From Moniliella sp. 'wahieum' (lineage: Eukaryota): a DNA stretch of 64,000 nucleotides. This document shows positions 37,821-49,958 of this stretch, one piece after another (the first letter of the stretch is position 1; the number at the start of each line of letters is the position of its first letter). The translations under genes were made by a program, and so were the position numbers. Location of the stretch: contig RSEE01000016.1 of assembly GCA_003971905.1 (NCBI GenBank), positions 558,001 through 622,000 on the forward strand. Direction: 5' to 3'. Under the pieces are notes generated by a model that was not told the origin of the DNA, made no database searches, and saw only the letters and a list, made by a program, of their open reading frames with translations.

Positions 37821-38326
37821 ATGGGAGCCTGTGCCCGGTTTATCGAGATCATTTTGGCCATTATCCTGCCCCCCCTGGGAGTCTTCCTTCGGGTGGGCTG
37901 TACCAGTCAGGTGAGTGCGGCCCTCGTCGACAATCGTGTGCATTTTGGAATGTTCAGCTGACCTCGAATCTCTCCTTGTCTCTCGCTGCAGTTCTGGATC
38001 AATGTTCTGCTCACGGTATGTTGTACCTCTCCATGGACATCCTCTTTTCCTATGTTTTTGTTGATCAACAGAGGAAACTGACTCTCTCTTCCTCCCCCCA
38101 CTCTTTTCCCAAACTCGTGTTTTTCACTCGTTGCTCCCTACCATCTCGTCAATTGCCTCCCCCTTCCCCAAACTATTCCCGACAAAAAGATTCTCGGATA
38201 CTTCCCAGGTACGTTTTGCTGTATCCACTCCCGACCTTATCAGGCGTATGATATATCGGCTGACCTGTGTACCTTGTTTCAACTATAGGGTTGATCCATG
38301 CTCTGTGGATCGTGTTGCGCGATTGA
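37821..38326 (+). CDS. PMP3: Pmp3/UPF0057 plasma-membrane proteolipid, 4 exons (37821-37910, 37992-38015, 38190-38208, 38289-38326)
   Basis: Spliced product MGACARFIEIILAIILPPLGVFLRVGCTSQFWINVLLTILGYFPGLIHALWIVLRD, with canonical GT-AG introns. Confidence 0.92.
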
Positions 38327-39430
38327 GTTCGTCGCGGTGGGCGTGAAGACGATGGACATGCGGGCCAAGACAACTCTGCAGTACCCTTCGGATACCCCAC
38401 CCGTTATGCCCCGATCCTCGATCAGTGCGCCCGACCTTGTGGACCTCTCCCCTGTTTTGGACTGTTTGCTTCCAGCACTCTCCTTCTGACGTCCTGCCTC
38501 CTCTTGGAAGTCAGGCACGTCTGGATGGCTGCTCCCCAACGATGCTACTACGTATCACTCCCCTTCGTTCCGACCAAGCTACTCTGTAGCGTCTCTTGAC
38601 AATGGTCAATAATGTGTGGCCCTTGCCTCGGCTAGCCTCACGTCCGTCTGTTGGCAGACACGAGGTTGGGTACCGCGTAGCTCCTTGACCAGGACCTTGA
38701 AACCTGTTTTCTTTCATTTGTATTCGCGGATCAGCGCCCGCGTAGGACGGGAGGATGATGTAGCAGGGACCCTAGTTGGCAGGAAGTGTACTGCATGTGA
38801 TCCAAGTACTTGGTGCACCGTGATCGAGGGACCAACTGGCCGCAATCAGACGACCCCGATGGTCTGAAAGAGCAAGGCAACTGTGATTACGAGCATGGAG
38901 ATGAATGCGCTACTATCGAGGGGAAGCGGGGTCGATCGTGAAAGGTAGACAGGAGGGGAAGGCAAACCCAGGATCACAGAGGAAGGCACAGGCGCTCGGA
39001 CAGGACTGTGGCCTAAAGTATCAGCGTCGCCGAGGGTCTGTCTGGGGAAGATATCCTCTCCACTCCCCAACGCACTACAACCAAAGTAAAGTAGAAGCGC
39101 TACTCAGTGTGGAAAGCCGAGAAAAAGATATAGATGTAACAGCAAGGTGGAAAGCAGGGGTCCTGTGCATTTTGGTTCCTGCACCGTGGGTGCTCGAGTC
39201 AACGCTAGTTTCGGCAGCTCCAGCCTGCCCATGCCCTCAAAAGACATGTGCTGGAGCAGATCCAAAGTATCGCCGGGTAGCTGCACCCCAGCGGCAGAAA
39301 CATGCAGCATGCAGCAGCACGGACAAACAACCAAAGGAGGGCGGAGAGGAAACAGAGAGGCAAAGCAAGATCGCACGTATCATCCTTCCTCCAAGATCAT
39401 TCCGAAGCGCGTTACGTGCAGAACATTTGC

Positions 39431-40870
39431 TCAGAGCCACTGGTTGCGGTCAAAGCCAGGGTCCTGAAGGAAGGCGCAAAGAACCTTGGAGCCCGTTTGA
39501 AGCAGCGGGTGGCCCGCTACGATCTGAATGAAACGCTCCAGCCCTTCGCGCCGCGTCTCAACCACTTCTTCGCTGAAACGGTTGGTAAAGACTTGCCTGG
39601 GAGCGGAGGGATGTTGACCCGACTGCTCTCGCGCTCAAGAATATCACGAAAGTATTCAAAGTCGCTGTACCGCCGGCGACGCTACTGTAGCGCATCTTGA
39701 ACGCCGGAATGTTGGTCTGCACACACACACACATGGGTTAGGAACTAGAGCACTCCAAAGACCAAACAGCCGGCATGAGACAGATGCGTACCCTCGTGAT
39801 GATTTCATAGTCGGTAAACTGTTTGCGGCCATACCCATGCGTTAAAGCGTTGCGCACCTCCACCTCCAAGAAGTTCTCCGGCACCCGTACATGTCCTCTG
39901 GGTTCTCCTTTGCACCGGGGCGCTGGGCAGACGGGCAAAGGGAGACGAGTAGGCAGCGACAGAGGAGTTGTACTGGTACCCACCAGGCAGGTCGTCTGCG
40001 ACAGACCGCCAGCCGTTGCGGTCGAAGCAAACGCCGCATACGGCGCCGAGTTGTGGCTGGCAAACGCACGGTGCGATGCACCCCCCGGCACGGGCGTTGA
40101 ACCAGCCCGGGTAGTTGCCTTGAATGCACCAGGCGGAATGCCGGAACCCACCCCGGAACCAGTGCCGGTGCGGGCGGACGAAGTTGGCGCTGCCGCACTG
40201 GTAGGAGGGGAGGACGCCACGTCAGGTCCGGAGGGCGAGGTCATCGCTCGTTGCACGGGTGCGCCCAGGCCGTCCGAATCCTGGGCCAGACGGCGCGGGG
40301 GGGAAGAGTGAATATGCGCATAGGCCGAGGAAGGGGAGTGGGGGGAGGCCCGCGGGGCAGACGGGGATGTGGAGCTGGGGTGAGATGTGGTCCTACCTAG
40401 CGCCGACGCGGGCTGCGGCTCGGGCTGGATCGGGGGGCACGGCGGGAGCAGGCGTGGTCGTCCAAGCATCGTCTGCGGTCGCAGGGCCCTCGTCCAGATC
40501 GTCCGCCAGATCGCCCACGTGCTGCTGGAAGGCGACCGAAGGCAGGATCGGCTTAAGGGAGCCGCCTGAGCCGGGGCAGGAGCAGACGCAGGCGGCTGCG
40601 ACGGCCGCGGCGGCACGCATTGAAGCCAAACCCACCTGCCTCGTCGTCGTCGTCGTTGTAGTTGTTGTCGCTGGCAGGCGTGTCCAGTGCGAGGCTTGCG
40701 AGGCCACTGGTGAGCGGAGGGGTGGGCGGAGAGAAGAGCTGGGCGGTGCTGGGCAGGGTGCTGGGCAGGGCAGAGGGCGAGTCGAGAGCCAGGGCGGCAC
40801 TGGACGCAGGGGGGGCGCCCCAGGGTGCCTCGTCGTCGTCGTCGTGCTCAGCCTGCCACACGGAAGCCAT
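39431..40870 (-). CDS. SNX3: Sorting nexin-3 (PX domain) with long N-terminal extension; intron ~39718-39790
   Basis: [34 protein letters not shown]...[37 protein letters not shown]...[10 protein letters not shown]. Confidence 0.9.
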
Positions 40871-41694
40871 GGCGGGGAGGGGTGGAGGTGGCAATGTCGG
40901 CCGCTGGAATGGGCGTGGAGAGGCGCGCAGCCGCTGGTTCGCCGCACGGCCTCGCAGGCCCTAACCAGCGCCGCGCTTACCTACGCACCCGCCTCATTCC
41001 AACGTTCAAAACCTGCGGTTGCCAGCGGCTGAACTGTGAAATTGAACCTTTGAAGCTTCGAGCTGGCGACTCCCGTTCGAGCGACAGGCCTATCTCTCCT
41101 TGTCTGCAGGTCGGACGAGCAGGTGGCAGGCCATCAGGCTCCAATACACATCTCCCAACGCGTAAGCGCATCGACACGCGTCTCTTAAAGGACGGCCTAC
41201 CTATACACCAGATCGTCAAACGAGGCACAGAGAACACGAGGAGATTTGAGGCAAGAGGGAGCGAAACAGATGAATATGTAGACGTGTGTGCGATCGGGAG
41301 GGGGGAGGGGGGGCAGGGTGGCAGGAGTGAAACTTGGCCAGGGCCAGTGGAGCAAAGCAGATTGAATGAGAGGGGAGGGGAGGGGAGGGAAGCGAGAAAG
41401 GGCAATGTGCAAATGACAAAGGAACAATACGAAAACACAAAAGAGTCCTTGCAAGGGCAGAATATCGGTCAGGTGTAGCAACGCAGATATCAAACGGAAG
41501 ACATGCATGCGGTGACGCAGCGTAACGATAAAGAGAAAGAAGGGGAGCGAGTGGGACGGGGTATGCATCCTCTCTGGACTCAGCCAAAGGAACGGATCGG
41601 GGCTAGAAGACCAAGAGACGATTGGATTGGAATGGTGGATCCAGCAACTCAGCCCACCGCAGAGCATAGCATGTTCCGGGGCAGACCAATAAAC

Positions 41695-43746
41695 TTAACT
41701 GTGAGCACGCTCGTCTCCCAGTGGTGGCGACGTGGACCTCATCTCTTGCATGCCTCCTTCCAGGCGGTTGGGCCCTGTCTGGCGCGCCTTGCGGCGCCGG
41801 CACATGAGCCAAATCACCACTCCTGCCACAGCCGCCAGGAACAAGACGCCACAAGGAATGGCCACCGCCAACGCGACAATGCCCCCAGTGGAAAGACCAT
41901 GGTGGGTCGACTTGAACCCGGAAGTGGCGCTGAAGGTCGGTGCCGGTCCACCAGAGCCATCGCCGCGCTCGGAAGAGGTGACGGATGCACAGTTGGTCTG
42001 GTTGACTACTGGGTTGCTGCCCAAGCGCGACCCTAGATTGGCCACCAACGCCGAGCCATCGGGCACGGTAATGCTCACTCGGCCCTGCGAGTCGGCTGTG
42101 ACAGTCTGAAGCGTGGTGTTGACCAGGTCCGGTTGGGCATTGGGCAATGTCTCAAATGACAAGCCGTTCCAGGTGGTGTTTTTGGTGGCGTCGGTACCCG
42201 GGGCGGTAAGATGGGAGAGATAGAACGTCTGGCCTGCCAGTGCGGGGAGGGAAAAGGAAAAGGATGCACTGTTGCCTGAAGGGGAAGACATGTTGTTGGT
42301 CTGGGTGTTGATAAACGCAAAGCCGGTTAGATCGTTGGCCGTGTAAATCGAGTAGGCAGTCAGGCGCCCAGCGTAGCCGCTGGGTGGGGGTGTGATGGAG
42401 GCGACACGCGTGTTGCATTGTGCGCCAATCAACTGCGCAATGGCAGCATAGGCATAGTAACATGACCGCACGTGCGGTGGCGTGTTGAGGATCGGGATTG
42501 GCTGCCACGGGGCTGAATAAGAAGTTTGGGTCGAGTGCAACTGAAGAACTCACCCCAACCGTAGCAGCATAGAGGAAAAAGTTGAACGTCCACAATGTGT
42601 TGGCAAACGTGTCAGAGATGCCCTTGATCCCTTCGGGGCCGATGGAGCCCATCTCACGCAGAAAGTAGGGCTTGCCCGTTACCTTGGCTTGCCCCGCCTG
42701 GTTTGCCCATTCCCCAAATTGCGACGCAGTGTTATCCAAGTCCAGTAGCCAATCGGCCGTCATGGCAAAGGGCGAAACACCAATGTAGTACTGTCCTCTC
42801 AATCTGGTCAGTCCATCGCAACGTCCAAATACAAAAGGGGTAAGGGGCAGAAGGGTGTTTGGGTGTGGGGATCGGGAAGGGAGGGAGGGAAGAGAGAGAG
42901 ACGAACCGTGTAGTCATGCTGATTCCAGCCAGAAACATAGACACCGTTGCCGCTTGCCACGCCATTGGAGTCCTGAACCAAGTTTTCAATCCGGAATGGG
43001 TGGCCGTTTTGGTCCGCCGTGGTGGCAGTGGCAGCGACTTCAAAAAATTGGACGATTTGTTGCGCGGGACAAGGACACGAGAGTGGATGGCCTGAACATG
43101 GGCAATCCACTCTGCGCCGTACTGGGATTCGGTATAGCCAGCGGGGCGGTAGCCGTTTTTGACGTAGAGGTCCGGTTCGTTGCCCACCTCAAAGCCCGAC
43201 ACGGTCACGTTCTTGAGCAAGTCCAGTGGCGCAGCGGCCTGTTCCACGATGCGGTCAATGGAATCGGAGCCATTGTAGGCCAAGTTGAGACCAAATGTGA
43301 TGGGTGTGCCTTTGGGGAGACGGTCGAGCATGGTGAAGACATCGGGGCCGTAGTACCAGGAGGCGGTGACGGGGGCGAGACCGGTCGAGTTGTCAATAAA
43401 TGAATAGCCCGAGGCGTTGGCACTGTAGAGCATATTGTCGCCCGTGTTGCCGCCGATGCGCAAGTGACTGGGCACCCAGTAAAGTTACGCAGGTTGGCAA
43501 GGCAGCCGTACGTCAGGGGGTTGACCTTGTCGGTACCGGTAAATGCCTGGAGGTTGGTGGGCTCGATGCCCATGCCGGCATAGGACGGCAACAGCGTCTG
43601 CGAAAGGGTATCGCCCGCGTCCGACGCGTTGAGCGCCGGCGAGAGACTGAAGGTCGTCACAGCGCTGCGGCGACGTGGGCGCCTGTGGCGGCCAGGAGCC
43701 ATAGCTGCGCCGCACGGGCAGGAGCCGAACGCCGACGGTGACCCAT
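41695..43746 (-). CDS. Glycoside hydrolase family 79 (beta-glucuronidase-like) with C-terminal transmembrane anchor; introns/frameshifts
   Basis: LRIGGNTGD, FEVGNEPDLY (acid/base Glu), YFLREMGS (nucleophile Glu), ISDTFANTLW, and TM LSTGGIVALAVAIPCGVLFLAAVAGVVIWL followed by RRRK. Confidence 0.85.
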
Positions 43747-44879
43747 AATACTCAGAGTGACGCGTGCCGAGAGGTTGTGGAAGCAGCGGGGGCAGTGGGT
43801 GGGAAGGGGGAAGAGGGGCGGAGGAGAGGGAGGAGAGGAAGGCGAGGGAGAGGCGACCAGGAAACGGGACTGGAAGCTAGTGGGAGCCGCCGGGCGACAC
43901 GCTATGGCACACGACATTCATCTGGGCGTCTCTGAATACGGCGAGAATGATAATGCAATCATGGCCGATTGATGATACTGATCGATGGCCCAAACACAGT
44001 TCGAGAAATCCTCGGCGTCACACGTCACGCGTGACGACCCGCCTCTCGCCTCACGCGTCACTCCGCGGGATCCAGCGGACAGGTGTCGGTGAAACACCCC
44101 GCTCGCCAGCGGCGGGTGGAGCCCCACGCACGGGGGCAGTATTCCTGGAGCATGGCCTGAGCGATCACGCTGCGGAACACGCTGGTGATCGCTGACTGCG
44201 GCTCGCTGGTCGCTGATTCTTCGTTTGTTTGGCCTGCTTTTGCCCAAGAAACACACCTGCCCCCAGCCAGCGTCGTCATGCGTCAGGCGTTATCGATCAT
44301 CGTCATCAGGGCGTTTCCTCCTCTGCCTTTTCTCTCTCGGATCTCAGATCGCCATCTCACTTCTCTCGCTCGCTCGCTCGCTCCCGCTCCAAGCGCAAAC
44401 ACCGCCTTTTTCCACGGCGCACCACGGAAACAATGTAGGTGCAGCAAGTAGGTACTCGCTCCTCCAGTATACCGTCTGTTCCACCGATCGCATCATATCG
44501 CGCTGTCACGGGCTGCGGCGGACCCAAGATGGTCCGAGCCAAGCTAAGGCCCGCCTGCTCCGCACATGCCAAGTAGAGCGTGCACCGCAGGCCAATCAAG
44601 TGTGATGACGGTTGGCTAAATTAAGTACCGTGGCCCGAAGGGTCATGCTCCGTGCGACAATAGTCGCCCCCCGCCCAAGTCCAAGTCGGCCGGCCTAAAT
44701 AAGGCCACCGAGCTTCCAGTGCCGTGGCGGCATCTGCCGTCCCGTCCCCGTTTCCGTTTCCTTTCTCGGTCGCGCCTGTGGCGACCAAGCCCGCTTTTGA
44801 CATGTCTTCCTTTCTACACCCCTCTTGTATCCGTTTCCCTTTTGATCCTGCCTGTACCCTGGTTGATGGGGACCTTTTC

Positions 44880-45208
44880 CCCACCTTCCATTCTCGTCAT
44901 CCTCTCGTCTCCACTTTCGTCCATTTCCCCGCCTATCCTGTCCGACTCCTGCCCGTTTTCCAGCCAATTGATCCAGTACACTGCAGGCAGCTCCTCTTGT
45001 TAGCGTCCGACATCTCCTCCGACCTCGTCCTCCAGCCCTTCGTCAGTCCAATCGCGCGAACCCTCCTTCGGTCGCGGCGATTGCCAGTCTCAGTTGAGGC
45101 AGTGTTTGTCCCCCTCCTGCCTCCCCCGTCCCTAAGTCCCGGAGGCTTCAGACACGTTACTACGGCCCAAGCCGGTGCAGACGCAGCCTTGCCACACGTG
45201 CAGCCGCC
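44880..45208. repeat. Dispersed diverged repeat, copy 2 (paralog of 36116-36457)
   Basis: Same collinear blocks as copy 1, in the same orientation. Confidence 0.8.
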
Positions 45209-46883
45209 CCACCAAAGGCCTCTCCTCGTCCCTAGCTCCGCTCGGACACACCAACCAGTCTAATCCCGAAACTACCGTGAGTCGGCCTACCGTCGCCTAA
45301 GGGATTGTACCCCAAAAAACCCCAGGGCGGGCCCCTGGCGGCGCCCGCCCGTGACACGCGCTGCAAATTTCCCTCTTCCTACTTCTTGTCTCCGATACAC
45401 GGCCATGTCTCCTATTTTGCGCATGCGCCGCCAACGAGACGGCGATGTTGGCGTACCCTTTCCTGAGGTCTACGGCCGGGAGGTTAGTGACTAGTGACAT
45501 GCGACAGTGACTAGGGAGATTAGGCGTATGGAAAACAACAACAACAACCCGTATTAGGATGACGCCATGAGGCCTCCCTCCGTGTTACTCGGTACGTGGT
45601 TCTTCCAGATCGCGAGGTCTCGATCATGCATGATCGATGATCGCGCTCCGTTTGTCTGACGATGCGGAAGAAACTCGACGCTTTTTCGCCAATTCTCTCG
45701 GTTGTCTAGCCAAAGTTCGGCACGTTACGCTCGGCACGTCTGCTGTTGCAGCACAAGATGAAGCGCTTCTGAGATCGGAAGCCATCCGCGCCGTCCCCTG
45801 TCTCCCATAGTGCATCGGCCGCGCCAGATACATGCTCAACGTTCAACTGAACGTTCAACCGCTCAGTGCGCTCCCTACCAGCGCCCACTACGGAATTCGG
45901 TACTCAGTCTTACTACCGTCAAATCCAACATTCACCCAACTGCCGCTTCACACCGCGTCCCATCCGCCATCGTTGGGGTGCTGTCTAGCATGGCACTTCC
46001 GACACCCGGGGGACCCCACTTGCCCGGCACGCTGCCCACACGCCCAGCATCGATCATCGATCATGCACTATCATATCAATTCACACCTGAGGGGCTGGGA
46101 GGACCCAAGGCAGGCCAAGCTTCCAGTTTCCAGCTTCCAGGCGCCAAGGCCTGGATCGGTAACATGTGACCCGGTGACCTGGTGCGGGTGACGCGGTAAA
46201 GCGTGCGATGCGGCAACAGGGTGACGTCATGTGTCACACGGGTCTGCCTTGTTGAGGCAGACTTACTTCTGACATCTTACAGGCCTGGGTCCTAGGCCCT
46301 ATAGGAGGCCTGGTAAGGCCGGAAGCCAATGGCCCTTGAAGATCAAAGAAAGAAAAAAACTGTGGCCAGTGCCAACATCTCGACGCCGAGTGTCTGCGAC
46401 GACTGCGACCCCCCGAGTCGCATATCACATGCACATGTCACAGGGGATGCTCCCACCATTCTCGATCGACCGCCATATACACCTTCACCCTACTCTAACT
46501 GCCGTGAACAGTGTCCAAGGGAATACGATGCAACGGCGAGGACAACGCGGGAACGCGCCACGATCCGCATCATGCCTCCCAAAGTGCCACGCTCAAAATC
46601 AATAACCAATCAAGACGAGGGGGGGAAGCATCCGGTTGATGAAACCATTGAACGTAGAAACGAGACAAACACATCGCCTTTGATGGCGGACGGCGATAGG
46701 GAGCGGGGGGAGGAGGAAGGGGAAGCAGAAGAAAGAAACAGAACCATGGCGAGTCAAGCCTTATGGGAATGAAGACAAGAAGGGAAGAAAAGGCAAGCCA
46801 GTTTGGCTGGCCCAGCTGTATTGTACGGGGGCTATAGCGGGAGAGCAAGGGGAGCAGAGCTGGGGCTCAAAAGGGTTACCCGG

Positions 46884-48568
46884 TTACCGAGCATACGGAT
46901 CAAAAACACGGTCGTACGTCACGCCCGGCTCGGTCCACTGCGAAGCGGTGTGGGCGCCGGCACTCGAGATGGGCGCACCAATAGGGCCCTCGACAGGCGA
47001 CCAGTACCCTCCCTCGGCTACCGACGCCCGACAGGGTGCGCAGGCCGCACCGCCGCGTCCTGCGGCAGCTGGCCCAACTGGCGGCCGGATCACTACCTGA
47101 TGCGTAGCCTACGCCCTCTGCGCCCCGTGGACCGGCAAAGAACGTTTGTCCGCCGAGGCGCGGGCTGGTCTGTGGGCTGGCCAACGGACTGTGCACCGAC
47201 GACTCAAACGCCTTGCCCACCGAGCCGAGCGAGGAACCGTGGTCGTGCGACTGGACCGACGGCGTGTGCCGGCCCTGCACAGCAACGCCCGAGCCAGACA
47301 GCTCCTGGCCATACGCCGCACCGTACGACGGCCGGTTGTAGCCATAATCGTCCGAGCCGGTCAGGTCGGATTGACGAATGGCATGCGAGAGCCCGTCGCC
47401 GTTGCCGCACCGGCATCCACGTCACCGTACGCCATGCCCAGCTGCTCCATCTCGTCCGCGTGCATCGCCTGCTCGTCGTACGGCAGCCTGCCACGGTCCA
47501 GGTGCGCATACGGGTCGGCTGGGATCGCTTCGGTTTCGGTGTAGGCGGCTGCGGGGGGGGTAGGCAACGCGTAGCCTGCAGCCATACCGGCACCGGCACC
47601 GGCACCGGCACCGGCACCAACGCCCAAGCCTACGCCCGCAGCGGGGTAGTTGGCATGGAACGGGTCTGGGCCAAAGGCCGCAGCGCCATGCATCCCCGTC
47701 ATCTCGCCCGGCTGGCTGGGATCAAGCAGATCGGATTCGTCAAACCCATCGGGCAACTGGGGCCGATGCGGGTCCTTGTCAAACAGCATGGGTTCCTCGC
47801 GTGGCCGGGAAGCGCATTTGCGCCACAAGAGACAGACGACCACCAGCAGGGCCAGCGCGCCCACGGCGGCACCCACGGCGGCACCGGCAATCCCGCCGGT
47901 GGACAAGCCCTTGCTATGCGAGCTGGCCATGTTGCGCCCATTGGTCACACTGCCCGAGGCATGCGCCATGTCGGTCATCGTCTGCTGCGAAAGCGTCGGG
48001 GCCGAGAAACTGGCGAGGGAACCCGAGCTAATGTGGGTGTTGACCGACGACAAGGGCGAGAGACCGGCATCCGTGCTGGAAGCGCTGGTTTGTTCCGACG
48101 TCGGCGCCACCGCCACCGAAGTGGAGGTGGCAACAGACGACAAAGAAGACGGGGCCGTTGACGACGAGTAGCTACGGGAGCTGGAGGAGATAAGGCTGGA
48201 GCTGGCTAGCAGCGACGACGAGTAGAGACTGGACGAGTAGATGCTGGACGAGCTGAGCGAGCTGGATGTAGGGTAGGCTGAAGACGAGACAAAGGAGCTG
48301 GTTGGCGACGAGCTGCTGTACAGCGACGAGCGGCTGTCGATCGACGAGCTGCTGTAGAATGAAGAACTCGAGCTTCCGTACACTCCGCTGGACAGAGACG
48401 ACGAGCCAGAGATGTAGCTGCTGCTTGCGCCTTGACCATAGGGATACGAGGAAGACTCATGGCCAGAGTAGGAGCTTGAACCGTACGCGTCCGATGAGGG
48501 CGCGGAGCTTCCGAAACGCGAACTGCGATTGTAGCTCTGCGAGTTGGAATTGGAGTTGGCGCCAGCGA

Positions 48569-48602
<34 letters not shown>

Positions 48603-48847
48603 ACCACTACCAGTGTACGAGGCGGCAGACGCCGAGGCGGAGGCCTGGGGCGAGCGAGACGCTGATCGGCCCGGCGAGCGGCTGTCACTAGCCCTTGCAT
48701 GGTGGTCGCCTCGCCGTTGGAGGCGTGGCGGGAGGCGCTGGCGGGTGCGTCGTCGCTGTCGTTGCTGCCGTTGCTGGAGCTGTCATCGGGGGACGAGAAG
48801 TAGTCGTCGGAGGAAGAGGACTGGTGGGCGTGGGCGGCGCGGGCCAT
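46884..48847 (-). CDS. Ser-rich single-pass membrane protein (Mid2/Wsc-like architecture); frameshifted
   Basis: Poly-Ser region, TM GLSTGGIAGAAVGAAVGALALLVVVCLLW followed by RK, and a cytoplasmic tail ending VFDPYAR. Confidence 0.7.
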
Positions 48848-49958
48848 GTTGGCAGGACGGGCGGAGGCAAAGGCATGGTGGCGGCGTGCCGGGTGGGGGG
48901 GGATTGGAGGGTCATATTGAGCCGGTAACGCGGGATGGGAGGAGAGAGAAGGGTGGAAACGAGTACGAGCGAGTGTTGCGGGCAGCAGGACCAGCCTGGT
49001 GGACGCAGCGAGCGGGAAGGAAGGTGAGGGGGGGGGGAGGGGGCACACGGGTCCGGCCGTGGGCAGGCAGAGAAGGGGTGCGGGGTGCGGGTGGTGGAGG
49101 CGACGGGGGGGAAGACGGGGAAGACGGGGAAGACGGGCGCGGGACCAGCGGCGACGGGCGATGCGGGGAGAGGAGCGGGAGAAGCGGTGGTGTGGGATGG
49201 GCAGCGGCGGGCGCAGGAAAAAGCAGCGGCGCAGCCTCCGCCTCTGGCAGCAGCAGCGCACCCTGGCGGCCACCCCTGCAGCCCGCCAGGGGCACTGTGG
49301 ACGCGCCGGGGTGCATGTGCTGTGCGGCTCGGGGTGGGCGGGTGGGGCACTGGGGCACTGGCGCAGCCACAGCGCAGCCCCCGGGGGGCTGCTGCAGCGT
49401 CGCAGGTGGAGCCGGTGTGCTGGAGGGGCGGTGGCTGCGCACTGGCCCTGCGCCGTGCCTTCCCCTCGTTCCACCTCGCTCCGCGGCACAGTGGCCATGT
49501 GCCCGCGGGGCGTCTGCGGTGGCGGCGGCAGGGCGCCACCCGTGCTGCGCTTTTCCCGACCGGCATGCGCCTGCACCGCGCCCGTGTGCGCCGTGCGAGG
49601 AGGAATGTGCGTTTTCTTCCACTCGGGGCTCGCGCGATGCAATCGCGGCGGACAGAGCGGATGCAGCCTCACGAATCGCACGCAGGATGCATGATGCACG
49701 ACGCGTGAGATCTGAGAGCGCTGCTGGCGGACGCGTCGGGCGGTAGGGTTGCGCGCGTGTCCTGCCCAGCGTCGGGACGCGGGATGGGACGCGCAGAACT
49801 TGAACATTGCAAGCGCACGCGCTGCGCCGCGCGATGGAATCGGGCGACGCGTGCGCATCTCCGCCGCCACGCGCCGCCGCGTCCCGCGTCGCACGCCAGC
49901 AGAGCACGCCGGCCTCCTCCCCCCCACCACCCCTCGCCCGCTCTCCGGCGCCCCCACC

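Noticed and set aside
47586..48602. (GCACCG)n and (GAGCCC)n hexamer runs
   Set aside because: Ordinary coding microsatellites encoding GA and GS dipeptide runs.
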